The notes under the pieces were generated by a model. That model was not told where the DNA came from. It saw only the letters and a program-made list of their open reading frames with translations, and made no database searches. A stretch of 63,997 nucleotides of DNA, counting the filler. It is 5 parts of 5 records of this genome, joined end to end, with 100 filler letters (N's around TTAATTAATTAA, not from the genome) between each part and the next. Parts side by side here need not be neighbours in the genome. Positions count along the whole stretch, not along the records: positions 24,904 to 43,279 come from SRR31156797_8338; 4 more parts are not named here. One strand, given 5' to 3'. The position numbers were made by a program, and so were the translations under genes. Below, in pieces: positions 26,730-37,396 of this stretch. Position 1 is the stretch's first letter, and every line of letters starts with the position of its first letter.

Positions 26730-29700
26730 ATGGGGCATATCCATATGGCCGTAAAAGCCTGCTTCGCCATTCTAAGCGGCCTTTTAATCACACTCTGCGC
26801 CGTCTGCCAAATTTTCGCCGCCCCCCCTCCCCTTCACATCACCCGCATCACCCCTTCCGGAACGGATGTCATGCCGGGCCGACAGATCGTGTTTCAATTT
26901 GACAGAGCGGTTGTGCCCATGGGGCCTATGGCGCGAAAGGCATGGGAAATCCCCATTGTCATCACCCCTTCGCTATCATGCCGATGGAGATGGCTCAACA
27001 GCGGAACGCTGGCCTGCCAACTGGATGAAAAATCAGCCCTTGAACCCGCTACCCGGTATACCATTGCGGTCAATCCGGGGATCAAGGCCCAGGATGGGAC
27101 AGCACTATTAAAGCCCGTGCATCACAGCTTCACAACCATTCGACCTAAAGTTCGGAACCTGTGGTTCAAAACATGGAGAGCGCCCGGAATGCCGGTCATC
27201 CGGCTGACTTTCAACCAACCGGTTTTCAGGGATTCGGTAGCCCGAAACATCTCTTTTGCAGCTCACGGCAAGACAACAAAAACCATGGGCATAACCGTTG
27301 CACCGGACCCGGATATCAAGGAAAAACCGATGAAGAGTTCCAGAGCGGACGTCCATGGGGAGGCCCGGCGTTTCTGGCTGGTGTCGCCTCAAAAGGAATT
27401 GCCGCCGGATTCAAAGGTAACGCTTCGGGTGCAACCCGGTGTCATTTCATGGGAGGGTCCGGAGAAAGGGGTCGAAAAACGAATTCTGGCCTCCTTTTCC
27501 ACCTTTCCCCCATTTGCCTTTGAGGGGGTGGAATGTACCGATAACGGCGGAAAAACCGTTCACATAACCCCAAACGATCCCCATCCCTTTGAAAAACGCT
27601 GCAACCCCCTGAGACAGACGGCCCTGGTCTTCTCATCACCGGTCATTGCCGAAGAAATAAAAGAAACTGTCACCTTTACGCCGGATCTGGCAGGGGGCCG
27701 TACCGACTATGACCCCTGGGCCAACCGATCCGGGCATTCAAGCCTCAGCTATCCCCACAAAAAGGGACAGACCTATAAGGTATGGATTCCGGAACTGCTC
27801 AAAGCCTTTCGAAAATATGGTGTAAAGAGCCACAAAAACGGTCCCAGAGATGAATTCGGCCGATCCCTGAGAAACCCAATGGACATGCAATTCATGACGG
27901 ATCACCGCCTGCCCGATTTCGTACTTACGCACCGTCAAGCGGTGCTTGAAAAAGGCGTGGATTCAGAGGTTCCCCTGGTGGTGACCAATCTTAAGGAGGT
28001 GGATATCACCTATGACCGGCTCACGGTTCAGGGGAAAAATACCCGGCTGACACGTAAGATTCAAATTCCAAAGGTCGAGGATATTGCTTTCAAAATCCCC
28101 CTGGAAACCCGTGATATGCTGGACCACGCATCAGGGGTGATCCAAGGAACGGTGAACACCAACCCCCCAATTAAAAAGAGTCCCCGGGAACGCTGGTTCA
28201 TGGTCCAGGTGACCCCCTTTCAGGCACACGTCAAGATCGGCCATTACAATACACTTATCTGGGTCACGGATCTTGCCACGGGTGAGCCGGTTGAAGGAGC
28301 CCATGTGAGCCTCTACCGGGATACCTACACAGCCCTTCCCCAAACCCCCACCCGACTGACCCACGGCACAACCGATGGCAAAGGTATCGTCATGCTGGCG
28401 GGGACAAAAACCATCGATCCGCTTCTGACCACCCTGGAATCCTATGGTATTAAAAAGCCTCACCTTTTCGCGCGGATTCAAAAAGAAAAAAACATGGCGA
28501 TCCTTCCCTTGGACGGACCCTTCAGGGTGGACGTCTACCGGGCAAGCGGGAACACGCTCTGGCCGAACATGCGGAAAGCTTACGGGCATATGCATGCCTG
28601 GGGAACCACGGCCCAGGGGGTTTACCGTGCCGGCGACAGAGTCCAATACAAACTCTATGTACGCAACCAGGATAATGAAACCTTCATACCGCCACCCCGT
28701 TCAGGGTTCAACCTCAAGGTGTTGGACCCCATGGGGAAAAAAGTTTACGAAGTGAAGGATCTGACCCTCAATGAATTCGGCGCCGCCAATGGCGAATTTC
28801 AGGTCCCCAAAACCGGCGCCGTAGGATGGTACCGTTTTGAACTATCGGCATCTTTTGCAAAGTGGATTCGTGAACCCATGCGGGTGCTGGTGAGCGATTT
28901 CACCCCGTCCCCCTTCAAGGTCACCACCGATTTGAACGGACGGTATTTTGAAACCGGAAACCGGGTGGACATCATTACCCACGCAAGACTCCACGGGGGT
29001 GGACCCTATGGGGACGCCCATAACCGCGTGACCGCCATCCTCAAAAGCAGGCGGCTGATCCCGAAGGCGGAGGCATTTCAGAATTTTCGGTTTGACACCA
29101 TCCTGCCCAAAGCCCCCCCGGAACAGACCGTTTATCAAACGGAGAACAGGCTGAACAGCCAGGGAGATGCCGATTCCGGATTTTCCCTGGTGGAAGGAAA
29201 AATCCTGTACGGTCAATTGATGGTGGAAAGTGCTGTTCGCGATGACCGTGGAAAATCCATTGCCGGGAGGACCCACGCGGATTATGCGGCCCGGGACCGC
29301 TACGTGGGGATTCGGCGGCTTAAGTGGATAATGGAAGAGGATCAACCGGCTTCAGTGGAACTGTTGGTGGTGGACGGCGGGGGAAAGCCCGTCAAAGGGG
29401 TCCCCATTGCGGTAACCCTTTCGCGCCGGGAGACCAAAGCGGCCCGGGTCAAGGGCGCCGGCAATGCATATATCACCCACTACACCCATCAATGGGTGCA
29501 TGTGGACCAGAAAGAGATCATATCCGCCTTGGAACCCGTCTCCTGCTCCCTCACCCCCCGGGACCCTGGCTCCCATCGCATTACGGCCGTCATTAAAGAT
29601 ACCAAAGGCCGGGACCAGAGCAGCAGGATTTCCCAATGGACGGTGGGCAAAGGAGAGGTGGTATGGGATGAAAGTCCTGATAACCGCCTGGAAATCATTC

Positions 29701-32534
29701 CCGAAAAGAACCGTTATGCGGTGGGCGACCGGGCCCGATACCTGGTTAAAAACCCCTTCCCCGGAGCAAAAGCGCTCGTCACGGTGGAACGGTATGGTAT
29801 TCTGAGGCATTGGGTTCAGACACTGAACAACAGCACCCCCATGATTGAGGTTGAGGTGGGACAGGACGATGCCCCCGGCTTTTATTTGTCCGTGGTGGTC
29901 ATCTCCCCGAGGGTCGAGAAGCCGCCCCTTCAAACGGGCCAGGTGGACCTGGGGAAACCCAGCTTTCGCATGGGTTATGTGAAAACATCCGTTTCCGACC
30001 CCCGGAAAGAACTGGCAGTACACATCCGTCCGGAGCGGAAAACATACAAACCCCGGGACCGCGTCACCGTAAAATTATCGGCAACCGCAGCCGGAAAAAC
30101 CTACTCCGGGCCGGTTGAACTGGCGGTGGTGGTTCTGGACGAGGCCGTATTTGATCTCATCGCCAAAGGCCGCGACTATTTCGATCCATATAAAGGCTTT
30201 TACACCCTGGACGGGCTGGATCTTGAGAATTTCAGTCTTCTCATGGGGTTGGTGGGACGGCAGAAATTCGAAAAAAAGGGCGCCGACGCGGGCGGCGGCG
30301 GGGGCGCCCACATCAGCCTTCGATCCCTATTCAAATTCGTCAGCTACTGGAACCCGTCCATCAGGACCGATGAACAGGGTGAAGCCGAAATTACATTCGA
30401 AGCACCCGACAACCTCACCGGCTGGCGAATCCTGGCCATGGCGGTCACACCCGGGGAGTGCATGGGGTTGGGACAGGGAAAATTCAAAGTCAACCAACCC
30501 ACGGAAATCCGGCCCGTCATGCCCAACCAGGTCACCGCCGGGGACAAATTTCAAGCCGGTTTCAACATCATGAATCGCACGCCTCAAGAGCGCCGGCTGA
30601 CGGTTACCGTCACGGCACGGGGAGCCATTCAAACTTCTTCGGACCAACCCGATGTTGAAATGACATCTGAAATTTCCCTTTCACCCTTTAAACGGCACAC
30701 GGTCTGGTTACCCATTGAGACCAAGGGGACAGGCCAAATTCAATTTACAGCCAAAGCATGGGACAATCGGGACGGAGACGGAATAAGCCATACCCTCACG
30801 GTCAATAAACGGTATTTCCTTGAAACGGCCGCCCAATACGGCAGTACCACGGAACAATCCGTCTCCGAAACCATTTCGTTTCCAAAAAACATGCGAACCG
30901 ATGAGGGCGGGGTCACCATCGATTTGTCTCCCACGGTACTGGGCAATCTTGAAGGGGCTTTTCGGTATCTGAAGGATTACCCCTACACCTGCTGGGAACA
31001 AATCCTGACCAAAGGGGTGATGGCCGGCCATTACGCTCCCCTCAAAGGCTACCTCCCGTCCCATTTCAAATGGCCCGAAAGCAAAAAACTGCCCCACGAA
31101 ACCCTTCATCTCGCCTCGGATTTTCAAGCCCCCAACGGCGGGATGACCTACTATATACCCGAAAACCGGTATGTAAGCCCCTACCTGAGCGCCTACACGG
31201 CCTTGGCCTTTACGTGGCTTCGTGAAGCGGGCTACAAAATCCCGGACACCGTTAACCGGAAGCTTCATGCTTACCTCCTGACCCTCCTTCGCCGAAATAC
31301 GGTTCCCGACTTCTATTCCAAGGGGATGGCATCCACGGTGCGGGCGGTGGCCCTGGCAGCTTTGGCAAAGGAAGGACAAATGAACGCGTCCGATCTTTCA
31401 CGCTACGCACCCCATGTGAAAGAGATGAGCCTGTTCGGAAAGGCCCATTTCCTGATGGCAGCCATTACGGTTCCCAAAACCGAGGAAATGCGCGCCGAGG
31501 TGGCCGGTCAGATCCTGAGCCACGGCAACGAATCTGCAGGAAAGATAGCCTTCAACGAAGTGATGGACGATCCCTTTACCCGCATCCTTGCATCCCCTCT
31601 CCGGACCAACGGCGCTGTTTTGAGCGCACTTGTCGCCTATGCCGGAACCGATTCGGGAAAAGGCCTGATCAATGACATCCCTTTCAAACTGGTGCGATTC
31701 ATCACCCAGGCCCGAAAAAAGAAGGATCACTGGGAGAACACTCAAGCCAACATATTCTGCATGAAAGGGCTGATTGATTACGCCGGGCGTTATGAAGACA
31801 AAAGCCCTGATTTTACCGTCCGTGCCGACTTTGATCAAGTGATCATGGGGCAAACCCGATTTGTTCATATGCGGGATAAAGCGAAAAATTTTTCACGACC
31901 CATGCAAAAGGGGGATCCCGGCCGAACCGCCACCATCAACCTGGAAAGAAATGGCCAGGGGCGCCTTTACTATGCCACCCGATTGTCCTACGCACCCCTG
32001 GAGGAAAACGAAAAATCCGTCAATGCGGGCATTGAGATTCACAGGGAGTACAGTATGCTTAAAGACAACACGTGGCGGCTCCTCAAAAGCCCCATGCAGC
32101 TTGAACGGGGAGATCTGGTAAGGGTTGATCTCTTTTTATCCCTGCCCGCGGCCCGCAACTTCGTGGTGGTGGATGATCCGGTTCCGGGAGGCCTGGAACC
32201 GGTGAACCGGGATCTGGCCACAGCCTCCACCGTGGATGCGGACGAGAGCGCTTACAAGGCGGCCGAAGGCTCCCGGTGGTTCAGACATGACCAATGGTCC
32301 GGTTACGGCATATCCCCATGGAGTTTTTACCATTCCGAATTACGCCACAAGGCAGCCCGTTTCTACTCCGAATACCTGCACGCCGGAAATTACCATCTCT
32401 CCTACACGGCCCAGGTCATTGCGCCGGGAGAATTCACGGTTCCGCCGGTCCGTGCGGAAGAGATGTACGACCCGGATGTTTACGGGCGCGGCCTACGGGA
32501 TCTGCTCATGGTGGATCAGGTTTCCCAAAACTGA
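26730..32534 (+). CDS. Bacterial alpha-2-macroglobulin with intact thioester motif
   Basis: 1934 aa; GVYRAGD, PDNLTGWR, YPYTCWEQ (CxEQ), DPVPGGLEP, AEEMYDP. Confidence 0.93.
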   Translation: MGHIHMAVKACFAILSGLLITLCAVCQIFAAPPPLHITRITPSGTDVMPGRQIVFQFDRAVVPMGPMARKAWEIPIVITPSLSCRWRWLNSGTLACQLDEKSALEPATRYTIAVNPGIKAQDGTALLKPVHHSFTTIRPKVRNLWFKTWRAPGMPVIRLTFNQPVFRDSVARNISFAAHGKTTKTMGITVAPDPDIKEKPMKSSRADVHGEARRFWLVSPQKELPPDSKVTLRVQPGVISWEGPEKGVEKRILASFSTFPPFAFEGVECTDNGGKTVHITPNDPHPFEKRCNPLRQTALVFSSPVIAEEIKETVTFTPDLAGGRTDYDPWANRSGHSSLSYPHKKGQTYKVWIPELLKAFRKYGVKSHKNGPRDEFGRSLRNPMDMQFMTDHRLPDFVLTHRQAVLEKGVDSEVPLVVTNLKEVDITYDRLTVQGKNTRLTRKIQIPKVEDIAFKIPLETRDMLDHASGVIQGTVNTNPPIKKSPRERWFMVQVTPFQAHVKIGHYNTLIWVTDLATGEPVEGAHVSLYRDTYTALPQTPTRLTHGTTDGKGIVMLAGTKTIDPLLTTLESYGIKKPHLFARIQKEKNMAILPLDGPFRVDVYRASGNTLWPNMRKAYGHMHAWGTTAQGVYRAGDRVQYKLYVRNQDNETFIPPPRSGFNLKVLDPMGKKVYEVKDLTLNEFGAANGEFQVPKTGAVGWYRFELSASFAKWIREPMRVLVSDFTPSPFKVTTDLNGRYFETGNRVDIITHARLHGGGPYGDAHNRVTAILKSRRLIPKAEAFQNFRFDTILPKAPPEQTVYQTENRLNSQGDADSGFSLVEGKILYGQLMVESAVRDDRGKSIAGRTHADYAARDRYVGIRRLKWIMEEDQPASVELLVVDGGGKPVKGVPIAVTLSRRETKAARVKGAGNAYITHYTHQWVHVDQKEIISALEPVSCSLTPRDPGSHRITAVIKDTKGRDQSSRISQWTVGKGEVVWDESPDNRLEIIPEKNRYAVGDRARYLVKNPFPGAKALVTVERYGILRHWVQTLNNSTPMIEVEVGQDDAPGFYLSVVVISPRVEKPPLQTGQVDLGKPSFRMGYVKTSVSDPRKELAVHIRPERKTYKPRDRVTVKLSATAAGKTYSGPVELAVVVLDEAVFDLIAKGRDYFDPYKGFYTLDGLDLENFSLLMGLVGRQKFEKKGADAGGGGGAHISLRSLFKFVSYWNPSIRTDEQGEAEITFEAPDNLTGWRILAMAVTPGECMGLGQGKFKVNQPTEIRPVMPNQVTAGDKFQAGFNIMNRTPQERRLTVTVTARGAIQTSSDQPDVEMTSEISLSPFKRHTVWLPIETKGTGQIQFTAKAWDNRDGDGISHTLTVNKRYFLETAAQYGSTTEQSVSETISFPKNMRTDEGGVTIDLSPTVLGNLEGAFRYLKDYPYTCWEQILTKGVMAGHYAPLKGYLPSHFKWPESKKLPHETLHLASDFQAPNGGMTYYIPENRYVSPYLSAYTALAFTWLREAGYKIPDTVNRKLHAYLLTLLRRNTVPDFYSKGMASTVRAVALAALAKEGQMNASDLSRYAPHVKEMSLFGKAHFLMAAITVPKTEEMRAEVAGQILSHGNESAGKIAFNEVMDDPFTRILASPLRTNGAVLSALVAYAGTDSGKGLINDIPFKLVRFITQARKKKDHWENTQANIFCMKGLIDYAGRYEDKSPDFTVRADFDQVIMGQTRFVHMRDKAKNFSRPMQKGDPGRTATINLERNGQGRLYYATRLSYAPLEENEKSVNAGIEIHREYSMLKDNTWRLLKSPMQLERGDLVRVDLFLSLPAARNFVVVDDPVPGGLEPVNRDLATASTVDADESAYKAAEGSRWFRHDQWSGYGISPWSFYHSELRHKAARFYSEYLHAGNYHLSYTAQVIAPGEFTVPPVRAEEMYDPDVYGRGLRDLLMVDQVSQN

Positions 32535-32658
32535 GCACCGAGACAGGACCACCTGGCGTGTCCCTCAAAACCATGGTTGACCTTTCCTTATTTTTTCGCT
32601 AGAAGCATATTAAAAACGAGACTCGGCACTTTCCACCCCAACTTCTGGAGTCTGAAAT

Positions 32659-35052
32659 ATGCCTCGAATCATGATTGTTGACGATGACGCAACCATTCAG
32701 ATAGCGCTGGAGGAATATCTCACCCACCTGGACCATACCGTTGTGGGAATCGCTGATACAGGTGTCGAAGCCGTTAAAACGGCAAGACAGATGAAGCCGG
32801 ATCTGATTCTCATGGATATAAACATGCCCGGGGAAATGGACGGCATCTCGGCCGCCCGGAAAATCAAGGAAGAAATGGACGCAGGGGTGGTATTTGTGAC
32901 GGGTTTTGATGATCCGGGATATATTGAAAGGGCCAAGCTGGTAGAACCTTTCGGCTATGTCATGAAGCCCTTTGATGAAAAAGAAATCAATGGGGTGATT
33001 GAAATTGCCCTTCACAAAAGGAAACTGGAGTTGAAACTAAAGGCTGCCCATGAACGCCTTGAGCAAGTCAACTTTCATTTGCAGGGGGAGATAGAGGAAC
33101 GTAGAAAAGCTGAAAGTGCCCTGCGGGAGAGCGAGCAGAGATACAGAAGCCTTTTCGTTTCAACAAATGATGGCGTATGCCTGCACGAAATAGTTTATAA
33201 GAACAAAAAACCGATCGATTATACCCTATTGAATTGTAACCCGCAATACGAGTCAATAACCGGAATTAATGGTAAGGATGCAATGGGAACCCTTGCGTCT
33301 CAACTATACGGTACGGGTGAAGCGCCATATTTGGATGATTACACAGAAGTTGTTAAGACTGGAAAACCGGCGTCTTTTGAAACCTACTTCGATCCAACGG
33401 ATAAACATTTTCTGGTATCCGTGTTTTCCCCGGGAAGGCATCAATTCGCAACCGTTTTAAAGGATATCACCGAGCGCAAGCGGATGGAGGAGACGCGAAA
33501 TCAAACACTTTCACAACTTCAGGCAACCCTTGAGGCGACCATTGACGGCATCATCGTTGTAAACCTGAATTCAAAAATCAGGGTGATCAGTAAGCGATTC
33601 AAAAAGATGTGGCAGATGCCGGATTCCATCCTGGAGTCCAAAGACGCTGATCGAGCGCTTGGCTACTTGTTGGGTCAATTAAAGATACCGGAAGTATTTT
33701 CCAATCAATTCAAGACCGCTTTCCTCGATCCCCATTCAAACACCTTCGATACACTTCATTTGAAAGACGGACGTATTTTTGAGACCTACTCCCGTCCCCA
33801 GAAACTGGATAATAAAATAGTCGGGAGGGTATGGTCCTTTAGAGATGTTACCGAGCGAAAGCGGCTTGAAGAGCAACTGCTGCAGGCTCGGAAGATGGAA
33901 ACCATCAGTACACTGACCGGTGGCATTGCCCATGATTACAACAATCTTCTCTCCATCATAATGGGGAATCTGTCCCTGGCCATGGAGATGGTGACGCCCG
34001 AATCCGATCTGAGGTATTTCTTGAATAATGTAGACATGGCCTCCCGCAAAGTCAGGGATCTGACCCATGAACTGATGAGTCTTTCCGGGGGGGGCGGCCC
34101 CGTCAAGGCAATGGGGTCTTTAAAAGAACTGCTGAACATTGCCATCGACGTCATTCCCGCCCATAGCGGCATTTCACTCAAAGAATCCGTTGTTCAGGGC
34201 CTGTGGCCCCTCCCCTATGATCCCTATAAAATGAGGGCCGTCTTTAGAAATATAATGACCAACGCGGTGGAGGCCATGCCCCACGGGGGCACCCTCACCC
34301 TATCGGCAAGAAACTTTCGGGTTGAAGATGAAGGTCGGCATGCCCCTCTCCCATTGAAACAAGGTGATTATGTCCAGGTCTCCATTCAGGATGAAGGAAC
34401 GGGTATTCCGGAAAAACACCTGGCCAGGATCTTTGATCCCTATTTCTCCACCAAGGCCATGGGGGTACAGAAAGGGATGGGATTGAGTTTGGCCACGACC
34501 TATTCCATTGTAAAAAAGCACGGGGGGCACATCAACATCGACTCATCTCCCGGCGTGGGAACCACCGTAAACATTTATCTTCCGGCGGAAAGCCGACAGG
34601 TGGAAATCGACAGCCCGGCTCCTTCGAAAAACATATCCCCAGCACCCGTGAAACGGGTTTTGCTCATGGACGATGAGGAAATGCTGAGGACACTGGTCCA
34701 ACAGATGCTGGAACGGCTGGGATATGAAACAGAAACCGTAAATGACGGCGTTGAAGCCATTGCGCTCTATAAAAGACAAAATGACTCAGGGAAACCTTTT
34801 GACGTGGTCATTCTGGACCTTACCATCAAGGGTGGTATGGGCGGAGAACAAACCATTCGGGAGTTGCTGAAGATTGAGCCCAATATCAAAGCGGTTGTTT
34901 CCAGCGGCTATTGTAATGACCCCATCATGACCGATTTCAAATCGTATGGTTTTCGGGGGGTTATCCCCAAACCTTACCGGATGGAGGACCTCAAAAAAGC
35001 ACTGGCGGAGATTTGCAAAATAGTCACTTGCAAGACCCCTTCCGGGTTTTAG
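32659..35052 (+). CDS. Cytoplasmic hybrid histidine kinase REC-PAS-PAS-HisKA-HATPase-REC
   Basis: IVDDD..LMDINMP, GGIAHDYNNLL, DEGTGI, GMGLSLA, C-terminal LMDDEE..ILDLTIKG; no TM. Confidence 0.9.
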   Translation: MPRIMIVDDDATIQIALEEYLTHLDHTVVGIADTGVEAVKTARQMKPDLILMDINMPGEMDGISAARKIKEEMDAGVVFVTGFDDPGYIERAKLVEPFGYVMKPFDEKEINGVIEIALHKRKLELKLKAAHERLEQVNFHLQGEIEERRKAESALRESEQRYRSLFVSTNDGVCLHEIVYKNKKPIDYTLLNCNPQYESITGINGKDAMGTLASQLYGTGEAPYLDDYTEVVKTGKPASFETYFDPTDKHFLVSVFSPGRHQFATVLKDITERKRMEETRNQTLSQLQATLEATIDGIIVVNLNSKIRVISKRFKKMWQMPDSILESKDADRALGYLLGQLKIPEVFSNQFKTAFLDPHSNTFDTLHLKDGRIFETYSRPQKLDNKIVGRVWSFRDVTERKRLEEQLLQARKMETISTLTGGIAHDYNNLLSIIMGNLSLAMEMVTPESDLRYFLNNVDMASRKVRDLTHELMSLSGGGGPVKAMGSLKELLNIAIDVIPAHSGISLKESVVQGLWPLPYDPYKMRAVFRNIMTNAVEAMPHGGTLTLSARNFRVEDEGRHAPLPLKQGDYVQVSIQDEGTGIPEKHLARIFDPYFSTKAMGVQKGMGLSLATTYSIVKKHGGHINIDSSPGVGTTVNIYLPAESRQVEIDSPAPSKNISPAPVKRVLLMDDEEMLRTLVQQMLERLGYETETVNDGVEAIALYKRQNDSGKPFDVVILDLTIKGGMGGEQTIRELLKIEPNIKAVVSSGYCNDPIMTDFKSYGFRGVIPKPYRMEDLKKALAEICKIVTCKTPSGF

Positions 35053-35124
35053 CGGTTGAAATAAAAACAGGCCGGCAACCCTTTTTTTCGGGGAGTTTTT
35101 TAATGTGGGGAGTGGACTTTTACC

Positions 35125-37326
35125 ATGGGACGCAAAATAACCATCACCTCTCTTATTACCGGAGGTCTTCTATTCGCCGTTGCGGGCGTTCTCGCCTGGA
35201 AGACCATAAAGGACCTTCAACCCCTGCCCCGCACCCTTAATTTTGAAACCGGAAACATCCGCAAAGTTCAAATCCTGGACCGAAACGGCACCCCCCTGAC
35301 GGTGACCTACCGGAACCGTTGGAACATTCATGACCATATCCCCCTTCATGATATTCCGCCCCTTCTGCAACAGGCGTTTGTGGTATCCGAAGACAAACGC
35401 TTTTACCAACACCACGGCGTGGACCGGCGGGCCCGCCTCATGGCCCTCTTGCAGAACATCAAATCCTTCCGGGCTGTGAGAGGGGCCAGCACCATCACCG
35501 AGCAGGTGGTGCGCATGTGGCGCCCGCGACCCCGCACCCTGTGGTCCCGTTGGCTGGAAGGGTTTGAAGCGGTTCGCCTTGAAAAGGGTTTTTCAAAGGA
35601 ACAGATTCTGGAATGTTACCTTAACCAGGTGCCCTACGCCGCCCAACGCCGGGGGGTGGTGCAGGCGGCCCGGTACTACTTTGACAGGGACCTGGATACC
35701 CTGAGCCATAAAGAGATCCTGGCCCTGGCGGTCATGGTGCGGGCCCCCGGACGACTCGATCCACACCACAACCCGGACCGCCTTGAAAAGCCCATCCTCC
35801 ATCTGGCCCGGAAGATGCTTCATGGGAAATTGATTCCCCGGGCGGGTTTTGATCACCTCCAAAACATGCCGCTTCAAAGCAGAAAGAGTTCGCTTACCAT
35901 AAAGGCCGAACATTTCGTACACCATCTCTACAGCACCACCCCACCCTACCGCCTGGCCCGTTTGAATCGTTTGTGTACGACTTTAAACGCCCCCCTTCAG
36001 CAGGAAATCCAGGTCATCCTGAATCAAAGGCTTGGGGATTTGAAAAGCAAAGGCGTTCATAACGGTGCCGTGCTGGTGGTGGATCATCAAAAAAGCGAAG
36101 CCCTCGCCTGGGTCAACGGCGGTAAATCGAAGGACGGGACGGCGGAAAGTTGGATTGATGCGGTCACCACGCCTCGTCAACCGGGATCCACCCTCAAACC
36201 TTTTCTCTACGCCCTGGCCCTTGAAAAAGGATGGACCGCCGCCACCCTGGTGGATGACCTTCCCCTGGCGGCGCCCGTGGGTCACGGACTCCATACCTAC
36301 CACAACTACAGCCGAATCCACTACGGTCCCCTGCCCCTTCGCAACGCCCTGGGGAACTCCCTGAACACCCCTGCCGTGCGCACCATCCAGTTTGTGGGGG
36401 TGGATGGCTTTCTAGACTGCCTCGGACGCTTGGGAATCCATTCTCTGCATCAACACCCGGACCATTACGGGGAAGGGTTGGCCCTGGGAAACGGCGAAAT
36501 CACCCTGCTGGAACTGGTGGGCGCTTATACTGTGCTGGCAAACAGGGGTGTTTATTGTCCACTCCAAACCATCATGGGCGAAGAGCGCCGGGAGCACGGA
36601 GTAGCCAGGGTGTTTACCCCGGAAACCGCCTCCATCATCGGTGACATCCTGTCGGATCCCGCCGCCCGAAGGCTTGAATTCGGTCAGGGAAGCCTGCTGA
36701 GATTTCCGGTTCAGACCGCCGTCAAAACAGGGACTTCCAGTGACTATAGGGATGCCTGGGCCGTGGGTTATAATAACCGGTTCACCGTGGGGGTATGGTT
36801 GGGAAACCTGGACCATGGAGCCACTTTTGGGGTTACCGGCGCAACGGGACCCGCTCTCATCTTGAGAAGTGTCTTTGCGGAACTCAACCGTAACCGGCAG
36901 ACCCGCCCCCTTCATGTGAGCCCCCGGCTCACAAAAAGGGACATCTGCCGGGAAACCGGCCTGCCAGATGACGGGAAATGTATCACCGTCAGCGAATGGT
37001 TTGCACCGGGAACCGGACCCGAAAGCCGGCCATCACCCCGGCCCTCCCGCAAACGTCCTTACCTTCAACGCCCCTCCCACGGGCTGCAGCTGGCCATGGA
37101 TCCCCGCATACCGGATCACCATGAAGCGTTCCAGTTCCAAATGGCCAACCTGCCCGAAAATGCAACGGTGGACTGGTATGTGGATGGCAAACATACGGCA
37201 ACAACACCTTCCGGAAATTTTCTGTGGCCCCTTTCAAAGGGGTCCCACCGGGCCATGGCCAGGGTATGGATTTCCGACGTCAAATCAGCAATGGAAACGG
37301 ATTGGGTTAATTTCATGGTAAAGTAG
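35125..37326 (+). CDS. pbpC: Penicillin-binding protein 1C
   Basis: SEDKRFYQHHGVD, GASTITEQV, PGSTLKPF, SLN, KTGTS, C-terminal WYVDG domain; near alpha-2-macroglobulin. Confidence 0.92.
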   Translation: MGRKITITSLITGGLLFAVAGVLAWKTIKDLQPLPRTLNFETGNIRKVQILDRNGTPLTVTYRNRWNIHDHIPLHDIPPLLQQAFVVSEDKRFYQHHGVDRRARLMALLQNIKSFRAVRGASTITEQVVRMWRPRPRTLWSRWLEGFEAVRLEKGFSKEQILECYLNQVPYAAQRRGVVQAARYYFDRDLDTLSHKEILALAVMVRAPGRLDPHHNPDRLEKPILHLARKMLHGKLIPRAGFDHLQNMPLQSRKSSLTIKAEHFVHHLYSTTPPYRLARLNRLCTTLNAPLQQEIQVILNQRLGDLKSKGVHNGAVLVVDHQKSEALAWVNGGKSKDGTAESWIDAVTTPRQPGSTLKPFLYALALEKGWTAATLVDDLPLAAPVGHGLHTYHNYSRIHYGPLPLRNALGNSLNTPAVRTIQFVGVDGFLDCLGRLGIHSLHQHPDHYGEGLALGNGEITLLELVGAYTVLANRGVYCPLQTIMGEERREHGVARVFTPETASIIGDILSDPAARRLEFGQGSLLRFPVQTAVKTGTSSDYRDAWAVGYNNRFTVGVWLGNLDHGATFGVTGATGPALILRSVFAELNRNRQTRPLHVSPRLTKRDICRETGLPDDGKCITVSEWFAPGTGPESRPSPRPSRKRPYLQRPSHGLQLAMDPRIPDHHEAFQFQMANLPENATVDWYVDGKHTATTPSGNFLWPLSKGSHRAMARVWISDVKSAMETDWVNFMVK

Positions 37327-37396
37327 CTTCTTGTCAGGTATGATTATGAAAAGGGAACATGAGCAGCGCAACCCATAAGAAATATGAGGAAGCATC

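Noticed and set aside
26866-37321. Many short overlapping or antisense ORFs in alpha-2-macroglobulin, kinase and pbpC
   Set aside because: Expected shadow ORFs in GC-rich coding DNA, no motifs
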